This document shows positions 12,325 to 25,214 of a DNA stretch of 64,000 bases, piece after piece (within the stretch, counting starts at the first letter, position 1; the number at the start of each line of letters is the position of its first letter). The stretch lies in assembly GCF_001194135.2 (NCBI RefSeq), contig NC_068984.1, positions 114,309,226 to 114,373,225 of the forward strand, in the 5' to 3' direction. A model generated the notes under the pieces. The model worked only from the letters and a program-made list of their open reading frames with translations. It ran no database searches and had not been told where the DNA came from. This DNA is from Octopus bimaculoides. Its lineage: Eukaryota. The translations under genes were made by a program, and so were the position numbers.

Positions 12325-13744
12325 NNNNNNNNNNNNNNNNNNNNNNNNNNNNNNNNNNNNNNNNNNNNNNNNNNNNNNNNNNNNNNNNNNNNNNNNNNNN
12401 NNNNNNNNNNNNNNNNNNNNNNNNNNNNNNNNNNNNNNNNNNNNNNNNNNNNNNNNNNNNNNNNNNNNNNNNNNNNNNNNNNNNNNNNNNNNNNNNNNNN
12501 NNNNNNNNNNNNNNNNNNNNNNNNNNNNNNNNNNNNNNNNNNNNNNNNNNNNNNNNNNNNNNNNNNNNNNNNNNNNNNNNNNNNNNNNNNNNNNNNNNNN
12601 NNNNNNNNNNNNNNNNNNNNNNNNNNNNNNNNNNNNNNNNNNNNNNNNNNNNNNNNNNNNNNNNNNNNNNNNNNNNNNNNNNNNNNNNNNNNNNNNNNNN
12701 NNNNNNNNNNNNNNNNNNNNNNNNNNNNNNNNNNNNNNNNNNNNNNNNNNNNNNNNNNNNNNNNNNNNNNNNNNNNNNNNNNNNNNNNNNNNNNNNNNNN
12801 NNNNNNNNNNNNNNNNNNNNNNNNNNNNNNNNNNNNNNNNNNNNNNNNNNNNNNNNNNNNNNNNNNNNNNNNNNNNNNNNNNNNNNNNNNNNNNNNNNNN
12901 NNNNNNNNNNNNNNNNNNNNNNNNNNNNNNNNNNNNNNNNNNNNNNNNNNNNNNNNNNNNNNNNNNNNNNNNNNNNNNNNNNNNNNNNNNNNNNNNNNNN
13001 NNNNNNNNNNNNNNNNNNNNNNNNNNNNNNNNNNNNNNNNNNNNNNNNNNNNNNNNNNNNNNNNNNNNNNNNNNNNNNNNNNNNNNNNNNNNNNNNNNNN
13101 NNNNNACATCAGTGTGTTACTGAGGTATGCTTCAGTAATTCACACAAACCCTGTTGAATAAAGCAGGCAAAAACGATATAGGTTGTGTGCAAGTTATGAA
13201 GTGGAGAAGAATATTTTGTCATTAATTTTGAAAGTAAGTGTGTGTGTGTGTGTGTGTGTGTTGACATTAAATAAATGGCTAAGAACAGGAATTCTTTTTT
13301 TTTTTTTTTACTTGCTTCAGTCATTAGACTGTGGCCATGCTGGGGCACCGCCTTGAGGAATTTTAGTGGAACTAGTTGACCCCAGTACTTATTTTTGTTT
13401 TAAACCTGGTACTTATTCTATTAGTCTCTTTTGCTGAACTGCTAAGTTACAGGGACATAAAAATACCAACACCAGTTGTCAAGTGGCAGTGGGACACAAA
13501 CACAGACATTAAAACACACATATATCTATATATATATATATGATGGGCTTCGTTCAGTTTCTGTCTACCAGACCCACTCACAAGGCTTTGGTCAGCCCCA
13601 AACTATAGAAGATGTTTGCCCAATGTGCAACACAGTGGGAGTGAACATGGAACCATGAAATTGGGGAGCAAACTTCTTACCACACAGCCATGCCTGCATC
13701 TAATGTAATCAACTTCATTAGTTTATCGCTGTTTCCGCTTTAGA

Positions 13745-13825
13745 AGCTCTGAGGAAGCCATAAGGTGATGCACAAGCACTCAGCTCTGAGTGCACTTCAT
13801 CTTATAGCAGAAACAGCTGTTAGCT
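13745..13825 (+). ncRNA. Type I minimal hammerhead ribozyme motif
   Basis: CTGAGGA, long helix II, GAAACAGCTGT-T (GUU site), 4-bp helix I AGCT/AGCT. The 10.1-11.1 pair is an A.A mismatch. Confidence 0.55.
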
Positions 13826-14218
13826 AATGGAGTTGATTACATAATTCCTGTTCCTTACCATTTATTTAATTTCATATTATGCTCTGTACTTGACTAATAA
13901 TGCTTTATTCTTAACATATATCGAGCTCTAACACCAGGTTATTAATATTGCTATGCCTAAATAAAATCTTGGAATTTATAAAAATATACAAAATTTTTAT
14001 TTTTTATTTTTACCATTTGCTTCAGTCCTTGGACTGCGGTCATACTGGGGCACCGTTTCGAAGGGTTTAGTCAAATAAATCAATCCCAATATTTATTTTT
14101 TTGAAGTCTGATACTTATTCTATCAGTCTCTTTTGCCGAACTGCTAAACTATGGGGATATGAACAAACCAATACCAGTTGTCAAGGAGTGGAGAGAGGAA
14201 CACACAAAAAACACAATC

Positions 14219-14268
<50 letters not shown>

Positions 14269-14934
14269 GAGCGTCAACACAGTTTCAGTNNNNNNNNNNN
14301 NNNNNNNNNNNNNNNNNNNNNNNNNNNNNNNNNNNNNNNNNNNNNNNNNNNNNNNNNNNNNNNNNNNNNNNNNNNNNNNNNNNNNNNNNNNNNNNNNNNN
14401 NNNNNNNNNNNNNNNNNNNNNNNNNNNNNNNNNNNNNNNNNNNNNNNNNNNNNNNNNNNNNNNNNNNNNNNNNNNNNNNNNNNNNNNNNNNNNNNNNNNN
14501 NNNNNNNNNNNNNNNNNNNNNNNNNNNNNNNNNNNNNNNNNNNNNNNNNNNNNNNNNNNNNNNNNNNNNNNNNNNNNNNNNNNNNNNNNNNNNNNNNNNN
14601 NNNNNNNNNNNNNNNNNNNNNNNNNNNNNNNNNNNNNNNNNNNNNNNNNNNNNNNNNNNNNNNNNNNNNNNNNNNNNNNNNNNNNNNNNNNNNNNNNNNN
14701 NNNNNNNNNNNNNNNNNNNNNNNNNNNNNNNNNNNNNNNNNNNNNNNNNNNNNNNNNNNNNNNNNNNNNNNNNNNNNNNNNNNNNNNNNNNNNNNNNNNN
14801 NNNNNNNNNNNNNNNNNNNNNNNNNNNNNNNNNNNNNNNNNNNNNNNNNNNNNNNNNNNNNNNNNNNNNNNNNNNNNNNNNNNNNNNNNNNNNNNNNNNN
14901 NNNNNNNNNNNNNNNNNNNNNNNNNNNNNNNNNN

Positions 14935-15165
14935 ACATGTCACCTGCACGAAAAACGGCCACGCTCGAAATGGTGTCTTTTATGTGCCACCCACACAAGC
15001 CAGTCCAGGGGCACTGGCAACGATCTCACTCGAAAATCCTACGGGAGCCAGTCAGGCGGTACTGGCAACGGCCACACTCAAAATGGTGCATCTCATGTGC
15101 CACTCGCACAAGAGCCAGTCCAGGGGCACTGGCAACGATCTTACTTGGCTTGCCGGGTCTTCTCA
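14935..15165 (-). mobile_element. RTE 3'UTR copy, partial (runs into gap)
   Basis: Same hairpin modules as 9780-10010. Confidence 0.8.
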
Positions 15166-15934
15166 CGCACAATCAAAAGAAAGACCAGAATGAATACACT
15201 AGCCAGCCTGTGGGGTGAGTGTGGTAATGTCTTCGGAGACCCTACAACTGAAGACAGTAAAACGTTTCTGGGAGTTATGTGATAAAATATAGCTGATGTT
15301 TGAAACAGATATGTAAAGGAACTAATGAGTTATACAGCCAAATGATAAGGAAGAGATACAAAAATGATTATGAATATGATTCCTCCCCGTTGAAGAAAGT
15401 AAAACTGCCTTCTCAGTTAACATTGATTTGAAATTAACAAGACAATGATGGTGTAAAGTAATTGGATGATATTTTTTAAAAACAAAATACAAGACCTACA
15501 ACTGGTCTTATGACACAAATCTGTCCTGGCTATTTTTTGCAAAATCTCTTTTCTAGGAAGATATTTAAATCTTAATCCTTTTTCTTTTTAAAATGAAAAT
15601 TACATAACTATTAAAAGAACTTAAAATACCGAGATACTCTATCTATCAATGACCATCATCATTTAATGTCCATTTTTCATGCTGGATTTAATGTCCATTT
15701 TCCATGGATTGGATGGCTCGACAGGAACTGACGAGCCAAGCTCCATTGTCTGCTTTGGCATGGTTTCTACAGCTGGATACTCTTTCTATGCCAACCACTT
15801 TAATGGCTGTACTGGATGTTTTTTACATGGCACAGACAAAGTAATTTACAAGACAAAAATCCTAAACTGTGTAGGAGTGTAGTATTTATTTCTGGGATCA
15901 CTTATTAAATACTGTGCCACTATTTGATGGTTGC

Positions 15935-16335
15935 AACAACAACAATGATAATTCTTTCTACTATAGGTACTTATTTTATCGACTCTGAAAGGATGAAAGG
16001 TAAAGTTGACCTTGGTGGCATTTGAAATCAGAACATAAAATCAGAAGAAATGCTGCTAGCAGTTTGTCAGCCATGCTAACGATTTTGCCAGCTCACTACC
16101 TTAACAACAACAATAATGATATTGGTTTCAAATTTTAGCAGAAGGCCAGCAATTTTGGTGGAAGGGCTAAGTTGACAAATTGACCCCAGTGCCCAACAGG
16201 TACTTACAACCCTGAAAGAATGAAAGGCAAAGTTGACCCTGGCAGCATTTGAACCCAGAACATAAAGACAGACAAAGTGCCGCTAAGCATTTTGTCTGGT
16301 GTGCTAATGATTCTGACAGCTTGCTGCCTCACAAC
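15935..16335 (-). mobile_element. Two tandem Nin-domain-like SINE copies
   Basis: The minus strand reads TTTRCCTTTCATYCTTTCAG...GTCGATAAAATAAGTACC with tRNA-like heads. Another copy lies at about 30060-30290. Confidence 0.7.
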
Positions 16336-16995
16336 AATAATATTAGTCTATTTATATAACATTGAAAGCTAGGTCTTTAGATGTGCTTGTGCTTTTGAGT
16401 AGCTAAACTAGATTTCAAGGACTGAAGAGAAAGGAAAAAAATTGTTTTAACATTTTTGTTCTGTTCAACTATAAAGAAGGCAAGCAAGTGTGAATTACCA
16501 TTCATATAAAACAACCATTCAGCTGATTTTTGCATTCAGAATTTCAGTATTCCAACTTTTTTTTTTTTTTTTTTTTTTTTTGTGATAAGACAGACACAAG
16601 ATTTCATGCTAACTATATCTAGATTTCATTGATTCCAGCCATCCATATAGGAACTTTCCAGAAGAGAACTTAAAGATTGAATAAAATATTTTTAAAAAAC
16701 CATTAACATAATTTCCTGAAAAATCAGAATTTTACAGTACATACAAATCTAAATTCAAATATGAATCTATACTAAAATCTAAGAAAAACAAATGATCCAT
16801 GCAGTTAAAATTCTACTCCAATAATAAAAAAAAAGAGGATATATTTATTGGATACTAACTAAATAAAACTGAATTTATCATATTCAACTTAGAAAACAGA
16901 TTTACAGATAGAGAAAGGTTTACAATCTGCAAAAATTCTTCTTTTTTTTTTTTGTGAGAAACATTCTATTTTGATATTCAGCAACCTTCTACAGG

Positions 16996-17074
16996 ATTAT
17001 TATATTCCCGTACATTAGACTTATTATATATTCCTGTACATTAGACTCATTATATATTCCTATACATTAGACTC
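16996..17074. repeat. Minisatellite, three ~27-bp units
   Basis: Units approximate ATTATATATTCCYRTACATTAGACT, in tandem. Confidence 0.85.
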
Positions 17075-17394
17075 TGAAATATTATAGGTTTTAGAAATAT
17101 AAATGATAAACCATTCATCCATCTATCCATCCATCTCTGTCCACTATTCCAAGAAAGGTTGTTGGGGTAGAATCTCAGGCACTTCCTCCAGTATCTGGGG
17201 TTTAAACAACTCACATATGTTAAGGATGTTGTATTGATAATCTTTCTAATATGGATAGTATTAGGGAACACAAGAAGTGCAAGCACAGCCTGGATATCTT
17301 CTTTTAGATTTGTGGATTATTTGGTATTGCAAAGCCACAACAGCTCGATGTGGTTTTTGTTAGAAGAGAATATTTTACATATCCATCCATCCAT

Positions 17395-17830
17395 CTTCTG
17401 CCCCCACCCCCTTTTCTTCCTGGGAGGGTCATGGGGGTGTAGAGTTTTAGGCATCTCTTCCATAAGGCCCGATCAGAAGCAACTATCATTAGATATTCTG
17501 GCAGGATTCCCAAGTACAACCGAGACTATGGATATTATCCAACCATCTTGTTCTTGATCTATCCCTAGGTCTCCTGCTGGCTGGCTTGGTTTGAAGAATC
17601 TGTCTTGCAATTCTTTCCTGTGACATTCTAATCACGTCCATAGTACCAGAGCTGTGACCCCCTCAATGTGGAGAAGTAATGGCTCAACCTATAGAGACTT
17701 ACTGATCTCTTGAGCCAAGGACTCTATTGAGTAACATTACTCCAAAGACACTTCAGAGGAACTCCATTTTGACGACTTGCATTTGCAATCATATTCTTTC
17801 AGCCATTACCCAACATTCATGACCAGTCAA
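17395..17830 (-). mobile_element. 3' fragment of a second RTE (Rex3/Expander-like) family with (GGAT)n tail
   Basis: Minus-strand translation includes IEPLLLHIE.SQL.YYG...RMSQERIARQIL...RRPRDRSRTRWLDNI. Confidence 0.65.
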
Positions 17831-20765
17831 GGTTAAATCACAAGTTGAGCTTGAAGAGACAAGAATATGACTTGATTCCTTGTCATAACTACTTCCCTGT
17901 TAGAAGAAATGTACACTTTGAAGTTCTTTAGATTGTCTGTTAATATTGGCTGAACTAAGAACGATGAAAATTTTCATTACATGACAAAATGAATGATGGA
18001 TATAAGTATATGTTGCTGGGAATGAGTTCAAACCTCACTAGAGATATTATACGGCTTCTCATCAAGGCACTTACTCAGCTTGCTTCAGGCCTAAAACAGG
18101 TTTCAATCTTACTTCATGGCTAATAGTAGAAAGAACACGGAGTTATTGAAATAACAATTCTGGAAAACAGTTTATAGCAGAGACACCATCTAAGAATATC
18201 TGAAGAAGGAATTGTATTCCAAAATATCATTGGACTATAGATAACTAAATTACAACAGGTATATAGTCCATTTTTTGTATTATAGTGCATTGTTGTACCA
18301 TTCAAAACTTTTTATTCTTTACAAACAATTCTAAAATAGACAACAACCTATACTAGCATAGAGAACTTGAAATATAAAATATAAAAAGGACATTTACCCC
18401 TAAATCACAAACTATTTTTACTTCCACTATAATTATACTCATTCACAGACATGAAGACTATAATGCAGTGTTTATAAACTGGCAAGTAAGAATAGGAAAG
18501 CAATAAATGTCAATATTGTGGAAAAAAATATAAGAAAGCTGTCTATTTAGTGGTAAACAATGAGAAGTTTGAAACTCTAGTATCAAAAATATTCATTTTG
18601 TTCTATTCCAGCCATAATGAAAATATTCTACTAGGAAGAATCATGGAATCCTGTTACCAAACTTTGGTTTATGGAAAAGAAATACAACTTCATCATTTCA
18701 CAAATTCCAAATGATGACTACGATTGCTGGACAACAATAAGTGAAACTTTTAAATGAGGAATGGTTGTGGAAAGAATACTGAACTTAAGGCACTAATTTG
18801 CCTTCACCCATGAACCAATATGACATCTTTTCAGTGGTCACTTGATCAATTAGAAATAACCAAATCTTAACTAGAGCAATGTGAAATGAAGTGTTTTTGT
18901 TCAAGTACCCAGTGTACCATCCAATCTAGGAATTGAAACCATAGTCTTACAATTGTGAGTGCAACACCCAAACCACTAGGTCATACACCTTCACATCTCT
19001 TCTGACTACGTCTTTAAAAAAATAAAACAAAAATTAAAAAAAAAAGTTGTTTTCTTAGAGATGTTTTAGATGAATTGAAAAAATAGATTGAGGTAGAAAT
19101 AAAGGGTAACAAATGGGAAATTTATGCTTTCAGGCTCTGTCGGTGAGATTGAAGAATGAAAGGGTAGCAGAAATACAGGGTGTCACTTTGGCAGTTTAGC
19201 AGTTAATGGAGTGAATTTAGGCTAAGTAAAAGTTAGAATTAATTGACAAAAGCTGAGTGAAACTGAGCAGTAATATGGCCAGAGATAGGATAAAATGAAG
19301 AAGTAATTTGTGCNNNNNNNNNNGGGGGGGGGACTGGAATCTTCATGTCTTTATTAACAACTTAAATATGATAAATGAAATAAAATGACTTCAACTGGGA
19401 AATGAAATCAAATTGCAGATCAGTATCTTGGAAGCTTATAAGAGATTAACCAACTTACCAATCAGCCCTAAGACTCACAAAGCCACTTACCCAGTTTTCG
19501 TGGCATACAAGCGACTGAAATCACATTTCCATTGAATGGGACACCAGTCCATTCACAAGGTTCAAAGCCAGAAATTTTGAGGGGAGGGGGTAAGTCGATT
19601 ACTTCAATCTAAGGGATAAAAGGTAAAACTGACCCTAGTAGAATCCGAATTCACAATGTATGTTGTTGTTGGCACTCCGTCGGTTACGACGACGAGGGTT
19701 CCAGTTGATCCCATTAATGGAACAGCCTGCTCATGAAATTAACGTGCACAGACACGTGTACCCTTAACATAGTTCTCGAGGAGATTCAGCGTGACACAGT
19801 GTGACAAGGCTGGCCCTGATGAATTACAGGTACAACAGAAACAGGAAGAAAGAGTGAGAGAAAGTTGTGGTGGAAGAGTATAGCAGGGTTTGCCACCATC
19901 CGCTGCCAGAGCCTTGTGGAGCTTTAGGTGTTTTCGCTCAATAAACACTCACAACGGCCAGTCTGGGAATCGAAACCGCAATGTATAAAGCAGGAAGAAA
20001 TGCTGCTAAGCATTTTGCCCAATGTGCTAACAACTCCGTTAGNNNNNNNNNNNNNNNNNNNNNNNNNNNNNNNNNNNNNNNNNNNNNNNNNNNNNNNNNN
20101 NNNNNNNNNNNNNNNNNNNNNNNNNNNNNNNNNNNNNNNNNNNNNNNNNNNNNNNNNNNNNNNNNNNNNNNNNNNNNNNNNNNNNNNNNNNNNNNNNNNN
20201 NNNNNNNNNNNNNNNNNNNNNNNNNNNNNNNNNNNNNNNNNNNNNNNNNNNNNNNNNNNNNNNNNNNNNNNNNNNNNNNNNNNNNNNNNNNNNNNNNNNN
20301 NNNNNNNNNNNNNNNNNNNNNNNNNNNNNNNNNNNNNNNNNNNNNNNNNNNNNNNNNNNNNNNNNNNNNNNNNNNNNNNNNNNNNNNNNNNNNNNNNNNN
20401 NNNNNNNNNNNNNNNNNNNNNNNNNNNNNNNNNNNNNNNNNNNNNNNNNNNNNNNNNNNNNNNNNTTGTCTCTGTTGAAAGATTTCACTATTTCTAGAAT
20501 ATCTGAACACATTAAAACCACTAAATATGGTGAGCCAAGAATGATATATTCTATTGCATTTCCCTTTTAATCTTTTATCTTTTACTTACTTCAATTACTG
20601 GACTGGCCATGGTGGAACACCACAATGAAGGTTTAGTCAAACAAATCAACTGCAGTACTTCTATTTTTTGAGTCTGGTACTTACTCTTTCAGTCTCTTTT
20701 GCCAAACCACTAAGTTATGGGAATGTAAACAAACCAACACCAGTTGTCAAGCAGCAGAGGGGAGA

Positions 20766-20808
<43 letters not shown>

Positions 20809-21202
20809 CAGCATTCCACAGTTTCTATTTACCAAATTCACTCACAAGGCATTAGTCAGCCCAAGGCTATAATGGAAGACACTTGCCCATGGTGCCATGC
20901 AGTGGGACTGAACCTGAAACCACAGAGTTGTTAAGCAAGCTTCTTAACTACACAGCTGTGCCTATTGAATTTAATTTTATTTTAATTTTAGTTATATACT
21001 GCTTAATTATTAAAACTGAATTATTCAATAAAGTAAAACAAAAATAAAACCTCAGCTATCTACTATTATTTTAAACTGAAGAGCTGTTTCCGATTAACTG
21101 GGTTTTATACAGAATTTGAAATTACTAGAAATTGCTCTGTGGAAATGGACAAAGAAGAAATACAGTTAAATTTTAGTTGCTCCCTTGGAAGATAAAGATT
21201 AA

Positions 21203-21424
21203 CCCTTTCCTTACTAACCCGGCTGAAACTGCCTTTGGCTCTGTAGTACAAATGTCTTGTTTTCATAAGTTTTGAATTAAAATCTTCCACCAAACTTTAG
21301 TCACAATTTATGCTCCTAACACTAACTTAATGATAACTAAGTTATTTTACTAAATTCATTGCTATATTTAAAATTAATTGAAAGAAACACAAAGCATCTC
21401 AAAATAAATACAGTAACGAAAGGG
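21203..21424. mobile_element. 222-bp TTAA-target MITE (piggyBac-like)
   Basis: TTAA|CCCTTT...AAAGGG|TTAA; a second copy lies at 49189-49410. Confidence 0.85.
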
Positions 21425-23909
21425 TTAAAGTTCTGCTGAGAATTCTAGAATTCTACTATTCTATTCACTAGTTACTTTTAACTACTTGTAGACGAAATGT
21501 GTAGCCAAAGAGAAAGCTGCATTTTGTAACACGGATGAGTAAAAAAAAAAAAAGGATTAAAAAATGGAATTGTTAATATAGAAGGAAAAAGGGATATTAC
21601 TTTTTGCTTAAAAGCTTGGTAAGGAATGTAAAAGCTGAGCAAGTAAGTGGCTTAGTTAGGTAACCATTCTAAGAACATGACTGGTAAGTAGGTCACATGC
21701 AGGATATAGATTAAGCTACAATTTTGGTATTTAAGATACCAACAAATAGTGTTAAAGATACCTTGAATTCATCTTGGCTTTTGTCTGATGATAACCTGTA
21801 AAGATTTTTTAATAGATAACAAACCCAATACCCATAATGAAATGTTCAATGATTTAACAATGAAAAAAATAAAGATTAAGAGCAGTTAATGAATAATTAC
21901 AAACAAACAAGCATACAAACAAATATAAAAATCAGCCAAAAAAAAAAATAATTAGAGAAAGCACATATGCATAAATATAATCAAGTATCATCATTAATTA
22001 TTTTAACATCTACTTTAAGGTGATATTTATTTCCCCATGACCAGACATGTTTACAAGGAAAATCGGAAACAAAATACACCACTTGCATAATAGTGACGTC
22101 ATCATCCTCATTGTCATTTAACATCCGTTTCCCATGTTGGCACAGGTTGTTTCGGCTTGGTTTCTACAGCCGGAGGTCCAAGCCAAAATAGACCGTGGAA
22201 CCTGGTGTGGCCTCTAGCTTTGCCAGTTCCTGTCAAACTGTCCAACCCATGCCAGCTGGCGTGGGTTTGATGACTTGACACTCATGTCAAGGCAAGGAAA
22301 CAGTAAAACTCACACACACACACACATATATAAAATGGGCATGTTTTAGTTTCCATCGACCAAATCCTCTCACAAGGTTTTAGTTGGTCCAGGGGATATA
22401 GTAAAAGATACTTGCCCAAGGTGCCACACAGTGGAACTGAACCCAGATCCATGTGATTAGGAAGCAAACTTGTAATCACACAGCCATACCTATGCCTCCA
22501 TAATCTCATTAATTATTCTTCTCAATGTTCTTGTTATTGTTGGTGTTGTTCTTATAGATTATACAATTGGAAAGCCAGACGTAGATGCAGTGTTTTGTAG
22601 TGAGTTCCAGGTTCAAATCTTGCTCAAGAGGATTTTTTCCCTTCCTCATCTACTGAAGGGATCATGTGGCTTAGTGGTCAGGGTACTTGGCTCTTGATCT
22701 TAAGGTTGTGAGTTCAATTCGCAGTAGTGTGTTGTGTTCCTGAGCAAGACACTTTATTTCATGTTGCTCTAGTCCACTCAGCTTGTAAAAATGAGTGGTA
22801 CCTGTATTTCAAAAAGGCCAGCCTTGTCACACTCAGTGTCATGTTGGATTTCCCTCAGAACCTCGTTAAGGGTACATGTGTCTGAGGAGTGCCCAGCCAC
22901 TTGCACATCAATTTCACAAGCAGGTTGTTCCATTGATCAGATCAACTGGAACCCTCATTGTCATAACCGACAGAGTCCCAGTCAGTTAGTTAGTGAAGGA
23001 ATAGGCAGCTTTATTTTTATAGTAACCCACTTTTCATCTTTCTTTCTCTTTTTTTTTTTTACATTTACTGATGGCTCACATGTGTATTATATCATATGAT
23101 TATATTTGTATGAGCTGACAGAATTCATTGAAGAAGATTATTTATAACCAGATGCCCTTACAGTTGCCAACCTTCACCAGTTTTCCAGCAAGGTAATATC
23201 CCCAATATCTGGACAAGTTTTTGCAGAAGTCTGGAAATGAGGGACTTCACTTATATGGCAGTGAAGTTCGTTTATAGCTATCTTGTGATATCAAGGAGAA
23301 AAAAAGGAGACATATATGACAAGTTTCTTTCACTTCCTGTAGCTTTGTCATGCTGATTCTGCTTGAAGATAACATTATGAATACAAATGTCTGCAGGATA
23401 TTCAGCCACTTACATTGTAATTCAATGAAGAGGCAGTATGTTGATCAATTTCATTCCATTTCTCATTCTTCATAAATATGTGTGTGCATGTATAAACAGA
23501 CATGTATTCATGTTAATGCGTGTGTGTGTTTCAATTTTTGTTTTAAGGGTTTTGGTCATTAAATGGGAGACATGTTAGGGGCCTCACCATCAAGATTCTT
23601 TTTAGTCAATTAGGGTACTTTGCCTCTATTTGTTTCAACAATCTCTTCAAAAGCAAAGTAAACCTGGTTCTAAGGGGACAGAACTTTTAAAGTACTATAA
23701 TATCAAATATGACACTACTGTTGTCCCACACCCTGATTCTGCCATTCTTCCTTGATACACAAACGCACACACAAGACAAGTTGGCCTGAGACAATGATAG
23801 AAGACTAACTCAAAGTGGTCCATGATGGGATTGAATTTGGAATCATACTGTCATATTTGTACTGACATATATAAACCACTATGTGTCTGGGTGCCAGTCT
23901 ACAAATTTG

Positions 23910-24603
23910 AAATCAAAATCAAACTAAATTTGTAGACTGGCACCCATGCCAACGTCTCTTCATTGAACACTAAACTCGGCTTGTGAAGACCTGTTGGGGC
24001 AAGCGAAAGCGAAATCGTGATGGCACCTGTACCAGTAGATCACTAAGAGCACCGTCTGAACGTGANNNNNNNNNNNNNNNNNNNNNNNNNNNNNNNNNNN
24101 NNNNNNNNNNNNNNNNNNNNNNNNNNNNNNNNNNNNNNNNNNNNNNNNNNNNNNNNNNNNNNNNNNNNNNNNNNNNNNNNNNNNNNNNNNNNNNNNNNNN
24201 NNNNNNNNNNNNNNNNNNNNNNNNNNNNNNNNNNNNNNNNNNNNNNNNNNNNNNNNNNNNNNNNNNNNNNNNNNNNNNNNNNNNNNNNNNNNNNNNNNNN
24301 NNNNNNNNNNNNNNNNNNNNNNNNNNNNNNNNNNNNNNNNNNNNNNNNNNNNNNNNNNNNNNNNNNNNNNNNNNNNNNNNNNNNNNNNNNNNNNNNNNNN
24401 NNNNNNNNNNNNNNNNNNNNNNNNNNNNNNGCACCTACTACACTCTCGGAGTGGTTGGCGTTAGGAAGGGCATCCAGCTGTAGAAACTCTGCCAAATCAG
24501 ATTGGAGCCTGGTGTAGCCATCTGGTTCACCAGTCCTCAGTCAAATCGTCCAACTCATGCTAGCATGGAAAGCGGACGTTAAACGATGATGATGATGATG
24601 ATG
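23910..24603 (+). mobile_element. RTE 3'UTR copy spanning a gap
   Basis: The left part matches LINE 8760-8850; the right part carries the terminal motif and (GAT)n. Confidence 0.8.
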
Positions 24604-25179
24604 ACATGTTTCAGTCATTTGATTGCAGCCAAGCTGGAGCACATGCGTTTCCAATTAATCTTTTACTCATCATAAATAATATCAATTCTGTTATTGTATT
24701 ACATTAATTTAGTTGTTTTTAACACCAGATCTAAATGAAATACACAGAAATATGAGTGTAAACTTCATATTTGTCTTGAACTGTCAAATCAGAACTGACT
24801 TCTAATGTATTCTTGGGATACCATATTAGTGGTCTGGCACTGTCTTCTTCTGGAGTTTAAATCTGTCTCAAAAGAAGGATTGGGCTATCTTTTGAGACTC
24901 AAGTGTTCTGACCAAAGACAGGACATAAACAATTGTCAATTAGGTTGAGTTAGATCACGTTGTATAAAGTTTTGTGGATGTAAAAATATGCCCATATCTT
25001 CAGATATTCTGAATGTCTGAGGCACATACATCCATACAGAGATCATAAACTGCCTTAAAAGCATTGAGGCTGTTCCATTATACACTATTTCTGAATCTGT
25101 CCTTTCCATAGTATAGCTGATTATACTTTATCCTGGAACTCATTATAAAAACATAGGGAGAACGAAAGTATATGTGCGT

Positions 25180-25214
<35 letters not shown>

